Below are positions 37,241 to 46,879 of a DNA stretch of 64,000 bases, piece by piece. Every line of letters starts with the position of its first letter. The first letter of the stretch is position 1. The position numbers and the translations under genes were made by a program. The DNA lies in contig CAVZLW010000002.1 of NCBI GenBank assembly GCA_963776285.1, positions 235,251 through 299,250 on the forward strand. The letters are read 5' to 3'. Source of the DNA: an uncultured Chloroflexia bacterium (GTDB lineage Bacteria; Chloroflexota; Limnocylindria; Limnocylindrales; CSP1-4). The notes under the pieces are model-generated. The model was not told the DNA's origin. It did not search any database and saw only the letters and a list, made by a program, of their open reading frames with translations.

Positions 37241-38920
37241 TCACCAGGCCGCCGGGAGGCCGGGCGAGCGCGGGTCGGTCGCCGCCGCAAGGGTGCCGCC
37301 CATCGACGGGCCGCCCTCGACCAGCTCGATCGCGTGCTCATGGCCCAGGCCACCGTCGAAGGGCGCCGCGACGTCGAGGCGATGGCCCATCGCCGCCAGC
37401 TCGTCGAGGAGGCCGGCGCGGAAGCGCGGCTCGATGTCGACCCTGTCGGGTGGAGCGAAGTGCGCCGCCGCTTTCGGCGACCAGCGCGGGGCGGCCACCA
37501 TCGTGGCCACGTCGACCCCGCCGTCGACCAGCGCCGAGACGGCCTGGGCGAAGATGGCGGGCTGGGCGTCGCCGCCCATGCTCCCGTGCACCACCCACGG
37601 CCGCCCCTCCCGCAGGAGCATCCCGGGGAGGAGGGTGTGGAGGGTCCGCTTGCCAGGGGCCAGCACGTTCGGGTGGTCCGGGTCCAGGCTGAAGTAGCTC
37701 CCGCGGTTCTGGTAGGCGATGCCGGTCAGAGGGTCGACGACGCCGCTCCCGAAGCCCGCGTAGTTGGACTCGATGAGGCTCACCGCGTTGCCGGCCGGGT
37801 CCACCACGCCGAGCCAGATCGTCCCGCCGCCGATTGGCGCCCGCGAGGGCGGTGGATGGGAGGCTCGCGTCGGGTCGATCGCGCGAGCCAGCGACTGCCC
37901 GTACGCCGGGTCCAGCAGCCGGTCGACCGGGACGTCCACGAACGCGGGATCGGAGAGGTGCGCGTCCCGATCGGCGAGCGCGCGCTTCGCGGCCTCGATG
38001 CCGAGATGGACCCATCGAGCGTCCGCACCGGCCGTGGCCCCGCCGGCGCCCGGAACGAAGGCTCCGCGGCGCGGCGGCTCCAGGGCGCGCAGGATGTTCA
38101 GGATCTCGAGGGCCACGACCCCGGAGCTGTTCGGCGGGTGCGTCGTCGCCGTCGTGCCCCGGTAGTCGAGCTCCAGCGGGGTGGTCCATGTCGAGGTGTG
38201 CGTCGCGAGGTCCGCCATCGCGATCGCGCTGCCCGCCGTCGAAAGGCCGGCCGCCTGGCGCTCGGCGAGGAGCCCGGCGTAGAAGTCGTCGGCGCCGGAC
38301 TCCGCCAGTCGCTCGAGCGTCGCAGCGAGCGCCGGGAGGCCGACCCTCTCGCCCGTCCGCCAGGCGCGCCCATGCGGCCTGTACGTCGCCTCCCACCCTC
38401 GGGCGCCGTCGCCGAGCTCGCGGCGGAAGACCGTCGCCGAGCCCTCGACGGCCCGGACGAACTGCTCGTCGGCGGGAAAGCCGCGGCCGGCCAGCTGAAT
38501 CGCCGGGGCCAGGAGGTCGGCCCAGGGCCGGCGCCCGAAGCGGGCGTGGGCATCGCCCCAGGAGCGCACGGCGCCCGGGACCGTGATCGCCAGCGGTCCG
38601 CGGTACGGGAGGGCCGCGAGGCCCCGCGCTCGAAGCCCCGCCGCATCCGCCGCCGCCGGTGCGCGGCCGGAGCCGTTGAGAGCGACCTGGGCGCCGGCTT
38701 CCTCGTCCCAGATCAGCCAGAAGGCGTCGCCGCCCAGGCCGCAGGCCTCGCCGAAGACGACCGCGAGCACGGCGTTCGTGGCGATGGCCGCGTCGACCGC
38801 GCTCCCGCCGCCGCGCAGGATCTCCAGGCCGGCGGCGCTCGCGAGGTGGTGCGGCGCCACGACGGCGCCGCTTGCGCCGCGGGCGAGCGGCGCCGGGGCC
38901 AGCGGACGAGGCGGTTCCAC
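37241..38920 (-). CDS. ggt: Gamma-glutamyltransferase family protein (YwrD/HpxW-like)
   Basis: GGSAVDAAIA, GLGGD.F, LNGSG, TVPG, PPNSSG, Thr nucleophile in GGTIWLGVVD, QNRG, PGKRTLHT, GSMGG, DPR. Confidence 0.93.
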   Translation of the reverse strand: MEPPRPLAPAPLARGASGAVVAPHHLASAAGLEILRGGGSAVDAAIATNAVLAVVFGEACGLGGDAFWLIWDEEAGAQVALNGSGRAPAAADAAGLRARGLAALPYRGPLAITVPGAVRSWGDAHARFGRRPWADLLAPAIQLAGRGFPADEQFVRAVEGSATVFRRELGDGARGWEATYRPHGRAWRTGERVGLPALAATLERLAESGADDFYAGLLAERQAAGLSTAGSAIAMADLATHTSTWTTPLELDYRGTTATTHPPNSSGVVALEILNILRALEPPRRGAFVPGAGGATAGADARWVHLGIEAAKRALADRDAHLSDPAFVDVPVDRLLDPAYGQSLARAIDPTRASHPPPSRAPIGGGTIWLGVVDPAGNAVSLIESNYAGFGSGVVDPLTGIAYQNRGSYFSLDPDHPNVLAPGKRTLHTLLPGMLLREGRPWVVHGSMGGDAQPAIFAQAVSALVDGGVDVATMVAAPRWSPKAAAHFAPPDRVDIEPRFRAGLLDELAAMGHRLDVAAPFDGGLGHEHAIELVEGGPSMGGTLAAATDPRSPGLPAAW

Positions 38921-38999
38921 GCCGGGATTGTACGGGCGCGACGTCGGCCGGCCGGGCCGCGGCTCGTCGGGCGCTCGTCCACCGCGTACCCTGCGCACG

Positions 39000-40286
39000 A
39001 TGGAACGCTCGCTGTGGGCCGTGATCCTCGGCACCTTCACGCTCAGGTTCAGCACGGGCCTCACCGGCGCCATGCTCGTCTACTACCTCGCCGACCTGCC
39101 GAGCTACGGCGGCCAGCAGGTGGACGCGATCGTCGTGGGCCTCTTCACGGCCTCGTTCTTCGCCGCAGAGCTCATCCTCTCGCCGGTGTTCGGGTCCCTG
39201 GCCGACCGGTTCGGCTATCACCGGATCATGGAGCTGGGCCCGGTGTTCGGGGCGGTCGCCGTGGTCCTGACGGGCCTCACCACGTCCCTGGCCGTCCTCG
39301 GCGCGACCCGCTGGCTGGAGGGTGCCTCGACGGCCGCCAGCGTGCCGGCGATCCTCGGCTTCCTGGCGGTCGCGACCATCGGTGACGAGGGCCTCCGCGG
39401 TCGCGCCGTCGCGCGGTTCGAGGCCGCCACGCTGGCCGGGCTGGGCGGCGGGATCGTCGCCGCGGGCGTCGTCTACACGGCGCTCGGCACGGCGGCCTTC
39501 TTCGCCAACGCGCTGCTCTACGGCGTCTCGTGGTGCATCTACCGGTTCGGCATCCGCGACCCGCGCGTCGATCACGGGGGTCGGGAGCACGAGCGGCGGA
39601 CGACCCTGGGCCGGTACTGGGAGATCATCCGCAGCGCCCACGTCTGGCTGCTGGCGCCGACCTGGATCGCCGTCAACGCGGTGATCGGCCTGTGGACCGC
39701 CCAGTCCATCTTCCAGCTCATCCGCGATCCGCAGCCCGAGTTCGCCAACCAGCTCCTGATGCAGGGCTTCTCGCCGCTGGCGGTGAGCGCAGGCCTGGGC
39801 GTCGGGATGCTGATCTTCTTTGCCGGGCTCGTGTACTGGGGCAACCGCTTCAAGCGCCTGCGCCGGACGACCATCATCGGGTACGGGATCGCCGGCGGCG
39901 GCGTGCTGGCCGGGGCGGCCCTCGCCCTGAACCACGGCGCCGGGCTCCCGATCGTGGTCATGGGCGTCTTCCTGGCGCTGATCGTGGGCGGCCTGTTCGT
40001 GCTCGCCGGCGCGACACCGGCGGCCCTCGGCCTGCTGGCCGACATGTCGGAGCCGTACCCCCGGGACCGTGGCGCGATCATGGGGCTCTACTCTGTCTTC
40101 CTGGCCGTCGGGCAGATCATCGGGAGCCTGGTGGGGGGCGCGGCGGCTGATGCGCGGGGCATCGACGGGCTCCTCCTCGCCACGCTGGTCCTCCTGCTCG
40201 TCGCCCTCCTGCCCCTGTGGCGCCTGCGCGCTTTCGAGCATCGCGCCGGCGTCCTCGTGGCCGAGGCCGACGCCATCGCGCAGTAG
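39000..40286 (+). CDS. MFS transporter
   Basis: About 12 TM segments; motif A FGSLADRFG; RGAIMGLYS. Confidence 0.9.
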   Translation: MERSLWAVILGTFTLRFSTGLTGAMLVYYLADLPSYGGQQVDAIVVGLFTASFFAAELILSPVFGSLADRFGYHRIMELGPVFGAVAVVLTGLTTSLAVLGATRWLEGASTAASVPAILGFLAVATIGDEGLRGRAVARFEAATLAGLGGGIVAAGVVYTALGTAAFFANALLYGVSWCIYRFGIRDPRVDHGGREHERRTTLGRYWEIIRSAHVWLLAPTWIAVNAVIGLWTAQSIFQLIRDPQPEFANQLLMQGFSPLAVSAGLGVGMLIFFAGLVYWGNRFKRLRRTTIIGYGIAGGGVLAGAALALNHGAGLPIVVMGVFLALIVGGLFVLAGATPAALGLLADMSEPYPRDRGAIMGLYSVFLAVGQIIGSLVGGAAADARGIDGLLLATLVLLLVALLPLWRLRAFEHRAGVLVAEADAIAQ

Positions 40287-40355
40287 GCGCGACGAGCCGG
40301 CGCCGCCCCGGCGGCCGGCCGTATGATCGATCGCGTGGGCCATGAGGAGGGATCG

Positions 40356-41216
40356 ATGGGGCGCGTCGCGGTCGTCACCGACTCAACCGCCGACCTCGAG
40401 CCGGCCGCCGCCGCCGCGGCCGGCGTCCGGGTCGTGCCGCTCTTCGTGAGGTTCGGGTCCGAGGAGTTCCGGGTCGGTGTCGACCTCTCCACCGAGGAGT
40501 TCTGGTCGCGCATGCTTGCCCCCGACGCGCCGTTCCCGATGACGGCCGCGCCTTCGCCCGGGACCTTCCGGGAGACGTTCGAGGCGTGCTTCGCCGACGG
40601 CGCGGATGCCGTCGTCTGTCCCACGATCGGCTCCAAGCTGTCGGCGACGTACCAGAGCGCGACGCTGGCCGCCGCGGCGCTGCCGGACCGCGAGATCCAC
40701 GTCATCGACACGGGATCGACGTCGATGTCCACTGGCATCCCGGCGCTGATCGCCGCCGAGATGGCGGTCGCGGGGGGCACGGGCGCGGGGATCGCGGCCA
40801 CGCTGCGAGACCGGCTCCCCGACGTCGACCTCTTTGTCGCCGTCGACACCCTCGAGTATCTCCGGAAGGGTGGCCGCCTCTCGCCGGCGCGAGCAGCACT
40901 GGGGACCTTTCTCTCGGTCAAGCCGATCATCACCGTCCTCGACGGGATCGTGGTGATGGCGGAGCGCCCGCGGACCCGTGCCAGGGCGCGCGCGCGCGTC
41001 GTCGAGCTCGTCGCGGCGACGCCGATCGAGCGACTGGCCATCCTGCACACGCCGACCAGCACCCCGGAGGAGGTCGATGCCTTCCGAGATGCGCTGCTCG
41101 CACAGATCCCGGGCGGCATCGACGCCGCCGCCATCAGCGTCGGGCTGATCGGCGCCTCCACGGGTCCGCACCTGGGTCCGCACCTCATGGGCGCGGCGTT
41201 CCTGCGCCGGCGCTGA
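40356..41216 (+). CDS. DegV/FakB fatty-acid-binding protein
   Basis: VVTDSTADL, TAAPSP, SKLSATYQSA, LEYLRKGGR, VKPII, HLGP. Confidence 0.93.
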   Translation: MGRVAVVTDSTADLEPAAAAAAGVRVVPLFVRFGSEEFRVGVDLSTEEFWSRMLAPDAPFPMTAAPSPGTFRETFEACFADGADAVVCPTIGSKLSATYQSATLAAAALPDREIHVIDTGSTSMSTGIPALIAAEMAVAGGTGAGIAATLRDRLPDVDLFVAVDTLEYLRKGGRLSPARAALGTFLSVKPIITVLDGIVVMAERPRTRARARARVVELVAATPIERLAILHTPTSTPEEVDAFRDALLAQIPGGIDAAAISVGLIGASTGPHLGPHLMGAAFLRRR

Positions 41217-41259
41217 CGAGCCGCCGGCAGGCGGGCACGAACGAGACGAGGCAGATCTG

Positions 41260-42111
41260 ATGGGACGCGTCGCGATCGTCACCGACTCGGCAGCGGACCT
41301 GCCCGCGGACCTCGCGGCGGCCAGCGGCATCCGGATCGTCCCGCTCTACGTGCGCTTCGGCGACGAGGAGGTGCGGGCCGGCATCGACCTCTCGACCCAC
41401 GAGTTCTGGGTCCGGATGGTCGCCCCCGATGCGCCGTTTCCCACGACCGCGGCGGCATCGCCCGGCGACTTCAGGGCCGCCTTCGAGGCGGCCCTGGCGG
41501 GCGGCGCCCCGGCCGTGGTCTGCGTGACCGTGGGCGGCAAGCTGTCGGCGACGGTCCGAAGCGCCGAGCTTGCGGCCCAGGGGCTTCCCGGCGCAGAGAT
41601 CCATGTCGTCGACTCGGACTCGGCGTCGATGGGGGTGGGGATGCTGGCCCTCCTCGCCGCCGAGATGGCCGGCGCAGGGAGCCCGGCGGCAGCCATCTCG
41701 GCCGCCCTGCGGGCACGCGCCCGGGACATCGACATCTACGTCGCGCTCGACACCATCGAGTACCTGCGCAAGGGCGGCCGGCTGTCGCCGGCGCGCGCCG
41801 CCATCGCCACGATGCTCTCGATCAAGCCGATCATCACGGTGACCGACGGCATCGTCGACACGGCCGACCGGGTGCGCACCCGAGCCAAGGCCCGGGCGCG
41901 GGTGATCGAGCTCCTGACCGCGCAGCCCGCCGACTGGATCGCCGTCCTCCACACGCCGCCGGCCGACGTCGACGCCTTCAGCGCCGACGTGCTGGCCCGG
42001 CTTCCGGGCGGCGTCGACCCGGCGCACGTGACCAGCGCCGTCGTGGGGCCGTCCGTCGGCCCGCATATCGGCCCCGGCTGCCTCGGGGGCGCGGTCCTCC
42101 TGCGGCGCTGA
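41260..42111 (+). CDS. DegV/FakB fatty-acid-binding protein (tandem paralogue)
   Basis: IVTDSAADL, KLSAT, EYLRKGGR, IKPII, HIGPG. Confidence 0.93.
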   Translation: MGRVAIVTDSAADLPADLAAASGIRIVPLYVRFGDEEVRAGIDLSTHEFWVRMVAPDAPFPTTAAASPGDFRAAFEAALAGGAPAVVCVTVGGKLSATVRSAELAAQGLPGAEIHVVDSDSASMGVGMLALLAAEMAGAGSPAAAISAALRARARDIDIYVALDTIEYLRKGGRLSPARAAIATMLSIKPIITVTDGIVDTADRVRTRAKARARVIELLTAQPADWIAVLHTPPADVDAFSADVLARLPGGVDPAHVTSAVVGPSVGPHIGPGCLGGAVLLRR

Positions 42112-42442
42112 CGCGACGGCGGGCGGCTGCCCGAGGGCGGCGACGGCGGAGTGCCGTCGGACCCGTGGGTTGCGAGACGGATACAGGCGGGTGACGGTAC
42201 CATTGCGCCTGTCCTGCGGGCCGATCCGCCCGGGGGAAGCGTCCCCGTTCGGCCCTATGCGGCGGGGAACGGTGGGCCGGATGATCGGCCCGGTGTGAGT
42301 CCGTCGCGCCGCGACGGCCTGCGAACGCAGGTCGCGCGCCGCGGCCGGCAGCCGTCCCGGAGGCGGCAGCGTGGCCGCCCCGGGGGCGGATGAAGACGGC
42401 GGCACCCCGACGGGGGCCCCGGGCAGGAGGAAACCCACTCTC

Positions 42443-43708
42443 ATGACCATCGAGCAGGCGGCGCCCGCGATCAACGCCTGGGAGGTCGCGCAGCGCCAGT
42501 TCGACCTCGCCGCGGAGCGCCTCAACCTGGATCCGGGGCTCCGTGCCGTGCTGCGTGAGCCGCGCCGCGAGCTGACGGTTCACTTCCCGGTCCACATGGA
42601 CGACGGGACGGTCCAGGTGTTCACGGGCTTCCGCGTCCAGCACAACCTGGGGCGTGGCCCCGCCAAGGGCGGCATCCGCTATCACCAGGACGTCAGCCTC
42701 GACGAGGTCAAGGCCCTCGCGATGTGGATGACCTGGAAGTGCGCGGTCGTCGGCATCCCGTACGGCGGCGGCAAGGGCGGCGTCAGCGTCGACCCCAAGA
42801 AGCTCTCCAAGAAGGAGCTCGAGGGTCTCAGCCGCCGGTTCTTCACCGAGATCTCGATCCTCATCGGGCCCGAGCGCGACATTCCGGCGCCCGACGTCAA
42901 CACCACGCCCCAGATCATGGCCTGGTTCATGGATACGTACTCCATGCACGTCGGGTACACGGTCCCCGGCGTTGTGACCGGCAAGCCGATCAGCCTCGGC
43001 GGGTCGGAGGGGCGCAACGAGGCGACTGCCCGCGGGTGCGTCTTCACCATCGTCGACGCGGCCGCCCACCTCGGCATGGACCTCGCGAAGACCACCACCG
43101 TCGTGCAGGGCTTTGGCAATGCCGGCGCCATCGCCGCGAAGCTCATGCGGGACGAGGGCTCGACCGTGGTGGCCGTGTCGGACACCGGCGGCGCGATCCA
43201 CAAGGCCGACGGCCTGGACGTCGATCGCGTCGTGGCCTGGAAGCAGGAGCACGGGACGGTCGTCGGGTTCCCTGGCAGCACGACCATCACAAACGCCGAG
43301 CTGCTCGAGCTCCCCTGCGACATCCTGATCCCGGCCGCCTACGAGAACCAGATCACCGCCCAGAACGCCGCCAACGTGAAGGCCAGGATCGTCGCCGAGG
43401 CCGCCAACGGCCCGACGACACCCGAGGCCGACGTGATCCTGGCGAAGAAGGGCGTCTTCATGATCCCGGACATCCTCGCCAACGCCGGCGGCGTGACCGT
43501 CAGCTACTTCGAGTGGGTCCAGGACCTCAACCGCGATCACTGGAGCGAGGCGGTCGTCAACGCCAAGCTCAAGGAGATCATGGACCGCTCCTTCGCCGAG
43601 GTCATCGCGATGGCGAAGCTCGAAGAGGTCGACATGCGGACGGCGGCCTACCTCGTCGCCGTGAAGCGCGTCGCCGACGCCACCGCCCTGCGCGGCCTGT
43701 ACCCGTAG
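42443..43708 (+). CDS. gdhA: Glu/Leu/Phe/Val dehydrogenase, probably glutamate dehydrogenase
   Basis: GPAKGGIRY, MTWK, GGGKGG, DIPAPDV, TGKP, GFGNAG, EAANGP, NAGGVTVSYFEW. AGGAGG RBS. Confidence 0.93.
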   Translation: MTIEQAAPAINAWEVAQRQFDLAAERLNLDPGLRAVLREPRRELTVHFPVHMDDGTVQVFTGFRVQHNLGRGPAKGGIRYHQDVSLDEVKALAMWMTWKCAVVGIPYGGGKGGVSVDPKKLSKKELEGLSRRFFTEISILIGPERDIPAPDVNTTPQIMAWFMDTYSMHVGYTVPGVVTGKPISLGGSEGRNEATARGCVFTIVDAAAHLGMDLAKTTTVVQGFGNAGAIAAKLMRDEGSTVVAVSDTGGAIHKADGLDVDRVVAWKQEHGTVVGFPGSTTITNAELLELPCDILIPAAYENQITAQNAANVKARIVAEAANGPTTPEADVILAKKGVFMIPDILANAGGVTVSYFEWVQDLNRDHWSEAVVNAKLKEIMDRSFAEVIAMAKLEEVDMRTAAYLVAVKRVADATALRGLYP

Positions 43709-43740
43709 TCTGACGCGGCTCCGCGCCGCCGGCTGCACCG

Positions 43741-43776
43741 TCCACGGGCCCCGGCCGACCGGCCGGGGCCCGTGGA
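43741..43776. terminator. Perfect GC hairpin after gdh (terminator or stability element)
   Basis: TCCACGGGCCCCGGCC-GACC-GGCCGGGGCCCGTGGA, a 16-bp stem with no long U tract. Confidence 0.65.
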
Positions 43777-43799
43777 TTCCCGCGGTGTACCATCGCCCC

Positions 43800-44402
43800 A
43801 TGCTCGACCACGAAGAGAAGTTCCTGTTCAAGGAGGAGATCCTCCACCTCGCCGGGGCGATGTCGGATTCGGCGGTCCTGGACAACGTCGAGGACCTCCT
43901 GACCGACGTGATCACGAGCCCGCGCTTCGACTCCGAGGTCTTCACCCTGGAGCGGTCGCTCCAGGTGATGCTGGGCGCGCGCGCCGGGTCGACGCTGGTC
44001 GGGCTCCTGACGGTCGCCCCGGAGGTCTTCGAGGAGGTCGGCGAGGTCCGGATCGCGCCGGAGATTCACGAGCGCCTGACCGCCTGGCGCGCGCGGTTCG
44101 GGCTCGCGATCGACAACGCGCTCAACTTCCTGAACAACCCGGATGGGATCCAGGGGCACACGTTCGCGACCCAGGTGGCGCACATGGACGACCGACGCGT
44201 GCTCCAGGGGCGCCTGACGCTGGTCCGCTACAACAACGAGCCGCAGTTCTTCGTGGCCGACGCGGGAGTCTTCCTGGGACTGGTCGGCGACGTCCTGGAG
44301 CGCCTCGGCCCGTACCTGGAGCCCGACAGCGTGGACCCCGACACGATCGGCCGGCTGCGCGAGGCGCTCGCCCTCGTCGAGCGGAAGACGACGCCCCGCT
44401 GA
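43800..44402 (+). CDS. Hypothetical protein
   Basis: 200-aa ORF with strong GC3 bias and a leaderless -10 (TACCAT) 6 nt upstream. No family recognised. Confidence 0.75.
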   Translation: MLDHEEKFLFKEEILHLAGAMSDSAVLDNVEDLLTDVITSPRFDSEVFTLERSLQVMLGARAGSTLVGLLTVAPEVFEEVGEVRIAPEIHERLTAWRARFGLAIDNALNFLNNPDGIQGHTFATQVAHMDDRRVLQGRLTLVRYNNEPQFFVADAGVFLGLVGDVLERLGPYLEPDSVDPDTIGRLREALALVERKTTPR

Positions 44403-44442
44403 CCGAAGCCGTCCCGCCGTCCCTTCCCGACCGAGCTCACGG

Positions 44443-45567
44443 ATGCGCCACCTCTACCTTGCGGCGACCGGCCAGAACCGGGGCAAGACGACCGCCTCCC
44501 TGGGCCTCCTGGATCTCTTCCTGGGGGAGCGCCAGCGAACCGGCTTCATGAAGCCGGTCGGGCAGCGCACGGTCGTCGACGAGTCGGGCGTCCCGGCCGA
44601 CGAGGACGCCGTCCTCATGAAGGCCGTCTACGACCTCCGCGAGCCGATGGCCGCGATGAGCCCGGTCCACATCCCCCGCGGGTTCACCAAGTCGTACATC
44701 GCGGGCGACGTGGTCGAGGACCTGGGCGCTCGCATCGTGGACGCCCACGCGACGTTCGTGGCCGACAAGGACGTCCTCCTCATCGAGGGGACAGGTCACG
44801 CCGGCGTCGGCGCCGTGATCGGTCTCTCGAACGCGGTCGTCGCAGCCCTCCTGCACGCCCCCGCGGTGATCATCAGCGAGGGCGGCGTGGGGCGGCCCAT
44901 CGACGAGATCGTGCTCAATGCCAGCCACTTCGCGGCGCACGGGGTCGCCGTCGCAGGCGCTATCGTCAACAAGGTGAACGTCGACGCACAACCGGGGATC
45001 GCCACGATCCTGGAGCGAGGGCTCGCGAAGCACGGGATCCCGCTCCTCGGGGTGATCCCGTACCGGCCCATCCTGTCGAACCCCTCGCTCGCGATGATCC
45101 TGGCCGGCACCCGCTCGGAGCTGCTCAACGCCGGCCCGGACCTGGACCTCATCATCGGCGGCATCAGCGTGGCCGCGATGGAGCCCCACCACGTCCTCCA
45201 GCACGTGACCGGGCGCCGGATCGTGATCGTCGCCGGCGACCGGGAGGACGTCATCGTGGCCCTCTCCCGAGCTCACCGGGCCGAGATGCGCCGTCCTGCA
45301 GTCGTGCGCGGCGAGATGGATCCCGCGACGGTCGGCTTCGTGCTCTCGGGCTACCGGCCGCGCGCAGCCGTGGTCGACGAGATCCGGCGAGCCGACCTGT
45401 TCGCCTGCTTCCTGGACGAGGACACGTACATGGTGGCCTCCGATGTTCATGACCTTTTGGTCAAGACCCACGCCGCGGATCACGGCAAGATCGAGATGAT
45501 CAAGGCGATCGTGGCAGCGTCGCTCGACGCGGATCGCATGCTCGCGGCGGCCACCGACGCCGCCTGA
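44443..45567 (+). CDS. BioD-like P-loop plus DRTGG protein (phosphotransacetylase N-terminal-like)
   Basis: ATGQNRGKTT, GFMKPVGQ, LLIEGTGHAGVG, IVNKV, AGDREDVI, GFVLSG. No PTA catalytic domain. Confidence 0.85.
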   Translation: MRHLYLAATGQNRGKTTASLGLLDLFLGERQRTGFMKPVGQRTVVDESGVPADEDAVLMKAVYDLREPMAAMSPVHIPRGFTKSYIAGDVVEDLGARIVDAHATFVADKDVLLIEGTGHAGVGAVIGLSNAVVAALLHAPAVIISEGGVGRPIDEIVLNASHFAAHGVAVAGAIVNKVNVDAQPGIATILERGLAKHGIPLLGVIPYRPILSNPSLAMILAGTRSELLNAGPDLDLIIGGISVAAMEPHHVLQHVTGRRIVIVAGDREDVIVALSRAHRAEMRRPAVVRGEMDPATVGFVLSGYRPRAAVVDEIRRADLFACFLDEDTYMVASDVHDLLVKTHAADHGKIEMIKAIVAASLDADRMLAAATDAA

Positions 45568-45577
45568 CGGAGAGACG

Positions 45578-45784
45578 ATGACACCCGACCTGTCCAGCCT
45601 CCTGCCCCTGATCATCCCGATCGTGCTGATCCAGGTCGGCCTGATGATCTGGGCCCTGTACGACCTCACGCGGCCCGACCGCCGGGTGAAGGGCGACAAC
45701 AAGATCGTCTGGGCGCTGATCGTCATCTTCGTGAACCTGATCGGACCCATCCTCTACTTCCTCGTCGGCCGCGAGGAAGGCTGA
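45578..45784 (+). CDS. PLDc_N domain small membrane protein (YxlE-like)
   Basis: WALYDL...K.VWALIVIFVNLIGPILYFLVGR. Confidence 0.88.
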   Translation: MTPDLSSLLPLIIPIVLIQVGLMIWALYDLTRPDRRVKGDNKIVWALIVIFVNLIGPILYFLVGREEG

Positions 45785-45796
45785 GGGACGGCGGCC

Positions 45797-46879
45797 GTGA
45801 CGAGCGCAGCCACAGCCGGGATGCCGGCCGCGATCGAGGCGCGCGGTCTCAGCAAGCGCTACGGGGACGTCCTCGCCCTCGACGCCCTTGACCTGGTCGT
45901 ACCCGAAGGATCGGTGTTCGGCTTCCTGGGGCCGAACGGAGCCGGCAAGACGACGACCCTGCGCCTCCTCACGGGCCTCGGCCATCCGACGGCCGGCAGC
46001 GCCACCGTGGCCGGCGTGCCGGTGGGGCGGGGTGGCCTCGACCTGGCCGCGCGCATCGGCTATCTCGACCAGGACCCGCGGTTCTACGGCTGGATGACCG
46101 GGCGCGAGCTGCTGACCTTCGTGGGGCGGGCCTACGGGATGGCGGGTGCGGCCCTGCGTTCGCGGGTCGACGAGGTGCTCGAGATCGTCGGGCTCACGGA
46201 GGCGGCGCGCCGTCGCATCGGCGGTTACTCGGGAGGGATGCGCCAGCGGCTGGGCGTGGGCCAGGCGATGCTGCCGCGGCCGACGGTGCTCTTCCTCGAC
46301 GAGCCGGTGAGCGCGCTCGACCCGCAGGGTCGCCGGGACGTCCTGGAGCTCATCGGGCGGCTGCGCGGCGAGGCGACCGTCTTCATGAGCACCCACATCC
46401 TGACGGACGTGGAGCGGATCTGCGATCGCGTCGCCATCCTCGCCAACGGCCGGCTCGTGGCCGAGGCGCCGATCGACGAGCTCCTGGCGCGCCACGCCCG
46501 GCCGATCCTCGAGCTCGACCCGGAGCCCGGCCAGGAGGCCGCCGTGGAGCGCCTCGCCCGGAGCCTCGCGGCGACGCCGTGGGCCCGCGACGTGCGCGAC
46601 GATCACGGCGTGCTCCGCGTCGTCGTGTCGGACACGGACCTGGCGTCCGCCGAGGCGCTCCCGCTGGTCGTGGCCGCCGGCGTCCGGCTGGCCCGCTTCG
46701 AGCGGGTCCGCCCGACCCTCGAGGACGTCTTCCTCCAGGTCGTCGGCAGCTCGGCGGGCGACGTTCCGGGGCCGGGCGACGTTCCGGGGCCGGCCAGCGT
46801 TCCGCGGCCGGCCGATCATTCCGGGCCAGCCGGGCCGGCGCCGTCCGACGGCGGGGCGGCCGGGAGGCGCGAGCCATGA
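45797..46879 (+). CDS. ABC-2 type transporter ATP-binding protein
   Basis: GPNGAGKTT, YSGGMRQR, FLDEPVSALD, STH, TLEDVFL. The C-tail carries an 18-nt repeat (GDVPGP). Confidence 0.93.
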   Translation: MTSAATAGMPAAIEARGLSKRYGDVLALDALDLVVPEGSVFGFLGPNGAGKTTTLRLLTGLGHPTAGSATVAGVPVGRGGLDLAARIGYLDQDPRFYGWMTGRELLTFVGRAYGMAGAALRSRVDEVLEIVGLTEAARRRIGGYSGGMRQRLGVGQAMLPRPTVLFLDEPVSALDPQGRRDVLELIGRLRGEATVFMSTHILTDVERICDRVAILANGRLVAEAPIDELLARHARPILELDPEPGQEAAVERLARSLAATPWARDVRDDHGVLRVVVSDTDLASAEALPLVVAAGVRLARFERVRPTLEDVFLQVVGSSAGDVPGPGDVPGPASVPRPADHSGPAGPAPSDGGAAGRREP

